The position numbers were made by a program, and so were the translations under genes. Positions 56,227-64,000 of a stretch of 64,000 nt of DNA are shown one piece after another. Every line of letters begins with the position of its first letter. Positions within the stretch are counted from its first letter, which is position 1. The stretch lies in NCBI GenBank assembly GCA_965153355.1, contig OZ231126.1:36022001-36086000 (forward strand), read 5' to 3'. The notes under the pieces were generated by a model, which saw nothing but the letters and a program-made list of their open reading frames with translations, ran no database searches and had not been told where the DNA came from. This DNA comes from Flaccisagitta enflata (lineage: Eukaryota).

Positions 56227-58018
56227 CCCCACTGCTTTTCTGCCATTTTTTTCCTCACCTTTCCTCACCATCCCATGGATTTATATTCACGTTTTTTATG
56301 ACTTTTTTCCCTCCAACTTTTGAATCATAAATGAAAAAATCGTTCTCGGGAAGAAAGGGCAAGAAATTTTCCAAGGAGGCTGCAGGTGGTGTTTCGGACG
56401 ATAGATAAAAAGACACACAGGCACGCAGACACACAGACTTACAAACACAGACACACAGACTCGCAGACACACACAGTGACACAGTAAAATCGGCCTACAC
56501 AAATCGATTTAGGATGGGTATGCTCTTTCTGGCGCTGGCCCGTCCGCCCATTTGTCGGTCATATGGTTGGTCAGATCGGAATTATTCCAAAGGTGTACTA
56601 TCGATAAATCACCGGTGATCGCCTCTGACACCCTGTCATGCCAAACCAAACGTAGCAATGAATCTAGCATGGTTTATTCTTTAGAGGTATCCAAAAATCC
56701 GCAAATGGACCGGGAAAAAGTAGGAGGAAAACAACACGACAAACAGGAAGCAAAGAAAGAATTGGAAGTGCCTAAAGGTGCAAAACTCAGATGACAAGCA
56801 ATTTAAACAGAGATTAGAATGGAAGAGGGAGTGGAATTTGAGGTGATTCCAACTGTTCCCGCGTCTTTTGACTCTCATTGATTCGTCCATTCCTCTTTTT
56901 CACCGGATGTAACTTATAGGCGTGACGTGGAGGAGGGCACTAAAGGCCGAATCCTCATTTGAAAATGAGGCCAATAAGCTCTAAAAACACTCAAGGCTGA
57001 ATCAGACTTGAATTGTTTTCAAATTTAACTTCCCCTTCTATCTAGAGTGGTTTTTAAATCAGCTTCAAAAAGAAAGTTTTCTTGGGGCCTTATTTAGATT
57101 CTTCAATTTTTTTATGTTATCTTTTAATAAAATCTATAATTGTTAATTTTTGAAAATCTTAAGTTCAAAATTCTCCAAATATGATATCTTTTATTTTTTT
57201 TCAAAAAAATCATTATTTGCTTTTAAATTCTTGAAATATTAAAACAGGAAAGGAAAAATGTAGATTTTTTTCATTCCTACAATATTTTTCAAAATACATT
57301 GTTTTACTCTTATATAGAATTTCAATATTTTACTTTTCTAGAATAGGTAAAAGAGTGATTATAAAAAAAGGTGAAAATAAAATCAGAATTTGAGAAAAAA
57401 AAAAGATTAACTCTACTTTTTCAGAGATAAAATAAACCGGACTTTTACAATTTCCATGAGTAAGTAAAAACAAAAACCACAGTTAGAATTAAAAATGAGG
57501 GATGTTCTACTTTATTCCACTCGAGTCTAAATCTTAGTATAATGGTTTCAGTCTTAACTCTAGTCCGAAATTTGGCCTAAAATGATTCCCCCGTGACGGA
57601 GGTGCGATACCTCTACAAGTCTGTTACATTCAACACGTCAAAGCGAATGATCAACTCGTTCATCTTATCTGAAATTGATGAGATTGTGTTACCCAAACGA
57701 TGAAACGAAATCGATACTACATATTTGAGACGGCGATCTGAGCTTCGTGTCACAATAACGCGGCCACGCCCGTGAATCGTTTGATGAGCGTTCTTACAGA
57801 AAACAAACCCCGCTTGTGGTGAGATAGACGCCAAGCGACCATATATCTAATGTACTGAATAGCATATGGTTGACCTTTCTATGGATGGTGCTTGAGAGTT
57901 ACTGGAGGCGCACTTACTTGTGAAATAGAATACTTGTCATAGCAGCTATGAAATCTATGGGACCATGGACAAAGAAAAATATGAGAGGATGGAGAAGGAA
58001 AAAACAGAGAGAAAAGCG

Positions 58019-58151
<133 letters not shown>

Positions 58152-58762
58152 AACTTGTCGCACTCGCAATTTTTCACTTGAATCCGCTCTGCCTTTAGAA
58201 TAGCAAAAGCAAACCGGGCAACAAGAATACAAATCAGCCTCTATATACAGAGATTACAGCGCGTGCGGCTTTACTGAAGTAATTCGCGATTAGTATGAAA
58301 GAAAAAGGCTCGAGAATCTCTACCAGTCTTCTTGTTCTACATTGCGCTTATGCTTTTGCCGCAGTGAATATGAATGTGTTGCTATGTATCCAATATCTCC
58401 TGTATGTGTTTTGTTCATTTGTTTGTATCAACTATATTATTTAAGCTGGCGGACATTGCAGAATATGGGTAAATACATATGACGAAGGATAGACGCTCAG
58501 ACCAACCGTCATTCGTTGCGTGGACAATGCCAAACGGATTGAAGCAACATGGATGAAAGCTGAATGAGAAGTGAAAACTGAAAAGCTCATAATCGGATCG
58601 GAGGAAAATGAGAAATGTGGCAAATACTTGACAAAGTGTGACAATTTCTCACTTGCAGAGTCAAGCACGAACAAAATAGGTGGCAGCCAAACGTGTTTGT
58701 TAAGTGAAACCATCTCACAGCCTGATCAAAGGCTTATGATGATGATATATCATCATAAATGG

Positions 58763-58846
<84 letters not shown>

Positions 58847-59914
58847 ATCATTACCCTCATTTGACACAGTCTTTTTTATAACCAATGACCCATACCCGCC
58901 TATGGCATACGAAACATATACATCGTTATTCTCCTGTGACGCTGCACAGCCTTTTTGACAACCAATGCCTCATGTCTGCCTATGAAAGTAGGACAACATT
59001 ACTACTCCACATTATAACAAGGACAATAGCCTTTCGAGCTCTCAATGGTGTTTGATCCGGACCCATCACAACTATCCTTAAAATTTCTGAAAGAAACTTC
59101 CCTTTTCAGAATTTATCACAAGACTTTTCAAAAGATATGTTTCATTTAGAAAAGGGTCGCCAATTCCTGTCTAAACTTGAGATATGTAGACCACAAGAAA
59201 ATTCTTGATAAATATGGCGGACCGAAGGGGACCATATCCATCTGGGTACATTCTCATGCTCCCCATATACCAAAAATAGCAAGCAACTGAAACTCTCTCC
59301 ATCCTGAAACAACACTCTTGAAAAATCTTATGTCAACCCCAAACTCTCAAACTTAAAAACTGTAGTATTTATCCCAATTGTTACAGAAAAACAAATCACC
59401 TAAGGATGTATTAAATAGCGATGGCATACAACGCATATGCATCGTTGTCTTCAAACACCAGAGTCCTTTTGAGAATCATCTTCCCATGTGTACCCACGCA
59501 TTGTATGGGTATTTTTCCCATTTTTACCATCAACTCGTACATTCAATATGAATGGTATACGTCGTTACATTTGATGTCACGAACCTTCGCAGAGTTCTGA
59601 ATTGAAATCCTTCACGACGGAAAAAAGACATTGCCGAAAAAAACAAACATTTGCGGTGGTTTATATTTCCTTTCCAATTTCCCTCATGACATGTTCTTCT
59701 TTTTTCCCTGACGAAATATACCTGAATTCCATCTTAGCTCGATATAATCGGCCAATATATCTATGGCTATGCTATTGTATCTCTTCGCAGTATTTTTCCA
59801 TTACTCCGCCAAGTGGCTTAAGAATCGATTTTTGTGTGCGTGTGCTTCATGCGTCAATTTCCAGTTAGTTTTTACCTGTTAGCCTAACGTCTATCTGTCT
59901 GTCTGTCTGTCTGC

Positions 59915-60112
<198 letters not shown>

Positions 60113-60315
60113 GTTCTGGTTCCAAAGAATAGCTGTATTAGACTAAAAGTGCTTGGAGAAATCATTTCAATTTTGTATTCTGGAAAGCAAAGCCCAAGTC
60201 GTAAACCACGGAAAATTCTTAGGTACAAGAAAAATGAGCTCAGAGGCAACGCCAGTTTGTGTCTGTGCGGTCTGTATATGTGTGGTTTTTGTGGGATTTT
60301 GTGTTCCACGGAGAA

Positions 60316-60363
<48 letters not shown>

Positions 60364-60753
60364 GATAGAGAGGGTCAGAGTCAGAGAGCGACAGAGCCAG
60401 AGATGGAGACAAAAACTGGTGGAAGATGCTTCACGAATAGTGAACGAGGATAAGTATTCCAATTAGATTTAGAGCGCTTCTTGAGTTTAAAATGCGTGAG
60501 CAATCAACGAGACATCAAAGTAATCACAGAAACAGTTGACAACCAAGTATTTTACACACCACTTACTAAAAGCAAAAAAATGTTTGGATAATGTGGTAAG
60601 AGGGGCAGTGGCACCGAATGGATCGATGACCCATGCAAGGCTGAGAATTGGACTTTGGACTGTGAAACTAGAATTCCAGTCTCAGAGCTAGAATCATATG
60701 GATTGAAAACCCTGTTTCCTAGGAAAATTCCCCTGTGTGAAAGCATAGGTCAT

Positions 60754-60995
60754 CAATAAGGATGTGGAAGCGCCGAATTTTTGGACCGCTTCCGCTTCCG
60801 CTTCCATTTGCAAAAATTTTTTCGCTTCCGCTTCCGCTTCCGCTTCCATTCAGAAATTTTTTTCCGCTTCCGCTTCTATCTAAAAATTTTTTTAAGCTTC
60901 CGCTTCCACTTCCGCTTCCATTTCAATTTTTTTTCCCGCTTCCGCTTCCGCTTCCGCTTCCGCTTCCGCTTCTACTTCCATTACCACATCCATTG
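60754..60995. mobile_element. MITE with (CCGCTT)n internal repeats, probably hAT-type
   Basis: Ends CAATAAGGATGTGG / CCACATCCATTG with many CCGCTT hexamers. A second CCGCTT cluster is at 62429-62582. No TSD found. Confidence 0.55.
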
Positions 60996-61234
60996 AAGCC
61001 TATATTATTTTATCTAATCTTATAACATAGAAGAACTTAAATTTCAATAGTACTTGATTCACAAGAATCCTGAGTAATAAAAACAAATATCTTTCAAATG
61101 GAAAAATATAGTTATCATACATACATAAAAACCCTTAACTATAAATATAAAATTGATATGACAGTAAAAAAAATGTAGTTCTTTCTCTTTCTCTTTTTTT
61201 TTCTCTCTCTTTCTCTCTTTCTCTCTCTCTTTTT

Positions 61235-61327
<93 letters not shown>

Positions 61328-61350
61328 GTGTCTCTCTCTCTGTGTGTCTC

Positions 61351-61672
<322 letters not shown>

Positions 61673-61733
61673 TAGATCTCCTCTGTTTTTCTTTCTCTGT
61701 CTCTCTCTCTCTATGTCTCTCTCTCTCTCTCTG

Positions 61734-61839
<106 letters not shown>

Positions 61840-62595
61840 TTTCTCTCTCTCTCTCTTTTTTTATCTATATTTCTATTTTTTTTATCCTCTTTTTCATCCC
61901 TGAAACTCTAGCTTTTAACTGTTTCCTTAACAGATGTGCATTCTTTTTCTTCCTCCTCCTCTTCTTTTTCTTTCACTCATTCAAACTCTTCCTCTTCCTC
62001 TCCCTTATTCTTTACTCACCAAAACTTTTACTATTTTTTCTTCTTCTTTTTCTTCCTCCTACTCCTCAAATTTTTCCTCTTCTTCTCCTTTTTTTTCAGT
62101 CACTTAGACTCACACAATTTCCTCTTCCTCTTCCTTTTCTTTATCCTTTACCCACTTTCACTTTCACTTAATCCTTATCTTCTTTTTTTTTTTCTTCTTC
62201 TTATTTATCACTTTTACTTATTCTATTCTTAGAATCTTGAATGCTTATTCATCTTACTGATTTTTCTTTTACTCCCCCTTGATTTTTTCATTACTATTTC
62301 TTATATTATTGCATTGTATTGTATAGTGAAAATTACAAAATTGGTTACATATATTGGGAAAACCAAATACACAAGAATTTCTTAATCCTATTACCTTATA
62401 CAATTGCTCAAGCCTGATAATGTGTATAAGTGGAAGCGGAAGCTTTCAAAGCTTCCGCTTCCGCTTCCACTGTATCTGCTTCCGCTTCCACTTCCGCTTC
62501 CATTGAATTTTCAATTTCCGCTTCCGCTTCCACTTCCGCTTCCACCAAATTTTTAAAACCTTCCCGCTTCCTTCAGCTTCAGCAATGCAGCCAAC

Positions 62596-62605
62596 NNNNN
62601 NNNNN
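62596..62605. other. Assembly gap (10 N)
   Basis: Run of n characters. Confidence 1.
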
Positions 62606-63297
62606 CAAAGCACTAAGAATACTATAAGATACTTTCGTAAAGACACTCATTTTGTATGTCAGTGTATCTGTCTCTGAATACTTCACCCAGAGAAACCATG
62701 AAATACGAGCATTCCTCTAGCTTTCCTTGAGACACAGTGTTTCACCTTTGATTACAATTTATGTTTCATGATGAGCAAACATCTTGCTATGCGGCCACCA
62801 GTGAGCCCAGAGTTTTCTACGAGCCTAAATAACTAAATCTAAAAAAAATAGTTTCATCAACAACTAAATTACTCCGGGTTTGATTACGGTAAACTCACAA
62901 AATTGAGCTTGCTAGAATACGACCAAATCACTGTTATCTGAAGACAATTCGAAGCTCTTTAATTTGCTCATGGATATCAAGTAAATTTGACAATTCTGAA
63001 TTGCGTTAAAAACGTTGAGACAAAACTAATAACAGAAAAAAAGACCGTATTTGCCCTTTTTCCAATCGGTGATATTTTTCTTCAAACTTATGCTAACTCT
63101 AAACAAATAAAGCTAGGAATGCCAGACACGACTCGAATAAAAGATCTTTCAAAGGGCTTTATAGACATCACCAATATCAATCCATTTTTCTTACGTTATA
63201 ACGCGTTATGGTTTAAAACGGTTTTAAAAATCCGCCATTTTTTATTTCCCCATGGTTGGTACACAAATATGACTAGAAGACCCAAATACTTACTCCT

Positions 63298-63353
<56 letters not shown>

Positions 63354-63685
63354 ATAGGCTTTGAAATCCATCCCACGGCGTCGGGAACGAAACCGTTAAA
63401 AAATGTCAGACTGCAATGACACAGGAGAAAAGTCTTTTTGGTCATTAAATTGTCAGTTATAAGCCGAATTAAAATTGGGAACTGAAATATAGAAATCAAA
63501 GCTTAAGAATATAAAAATAAACGTTTTATATATTTTTATATCGAAATTAGGGTGTCAGCTTCAAGCTGTTCAAAAAATATCTGAAAAGTGTGGCAATAGT
63601 TGCTATAATAATGCTTTTACCTAGTTGGTGAATTCAGAGGGTTATCTCATAGATAAAAACTAAAAAAGCTATTTCAAACTATAAA

Positions 63686-64000
63686 TAAGGGAGTACGAGA
63701 TTTCTCAGCCAATTTTTATAATTACTTATTTAAAATTCTTGAAGGCTATGAAAAGTGTAGAAACATTATTGAGATACACATGCTGGAATATAATCCAGTT
63801 AGTTTTAAGAAATATTTGATAGTTAAGAGCTTAGAAATAACAAAAAATAACAAAGAATAGTCATTTTACAACAGGTTTTGGTATTTTTTTATTTTGATTA
63901 TTAGAAAATCACTCTGAACAAACTGAAGTAGGTAAAAGCATTAGAGTATAACAAACATATGTGAAAATTATCTTTTCTACATACTTTTAGAAGTATACTA
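63686..64000. mobile_element. Possible terminus of another element of the 12182-14713 group
   Basis: TAAGGGAGTACGAGAT at 63686 closely matches both TIRs of that element. The other end would lie outside the window. Confidence 0.35.

Noticed and set aside
56915..57610. Possible TIR element around an AT-rich core
   Set aside because: End similarity is too weak and there is no TSD.

Overview
This is eukaryotic (invertebrate-like metazoan), AT-rich and very repeat-dense genomic DNA. I see no prokaryotic operons, rRNA, tRNA or CRISPR array. One host gene is well supported: a 3-exon + strand gene (6842-7007, 7769-7918, 8121-10303; 832 aa; both GT-AG introns phase 1). It encodes a signal peptide, a possible beta-sandwich domain, a somatomedin-B (SMB) domain and a class-B/adhesion-like 7TM receptor. 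The ORF track recovers only the last exon. The rest of the window is mostly mobile and repetitive DNA. It holds many non-autonomous Helentron-like (DINE-1/HINE-type) elements of several families and a decayed hAT-like (possibly hATw) element with a 7-bp TSD and transposase remnant (12182-14713). There are also nested hAT- and Tc1/mariner-type MITEs with readable TSDs, and an 11-bp satellite expanded inside a HINE. A ~3.05-kb tandem duplication (about 46.1-52.3 kb) contains a ~155-bp minisatellite interleaved with (AG)n and a 5'-truncated LINE. Long microsatellites are abundant and generate most ORF-track entries. A 10-N scaffold gap lies at 62596-62605. All family assignments come from motifs read by eye; no database search was run.
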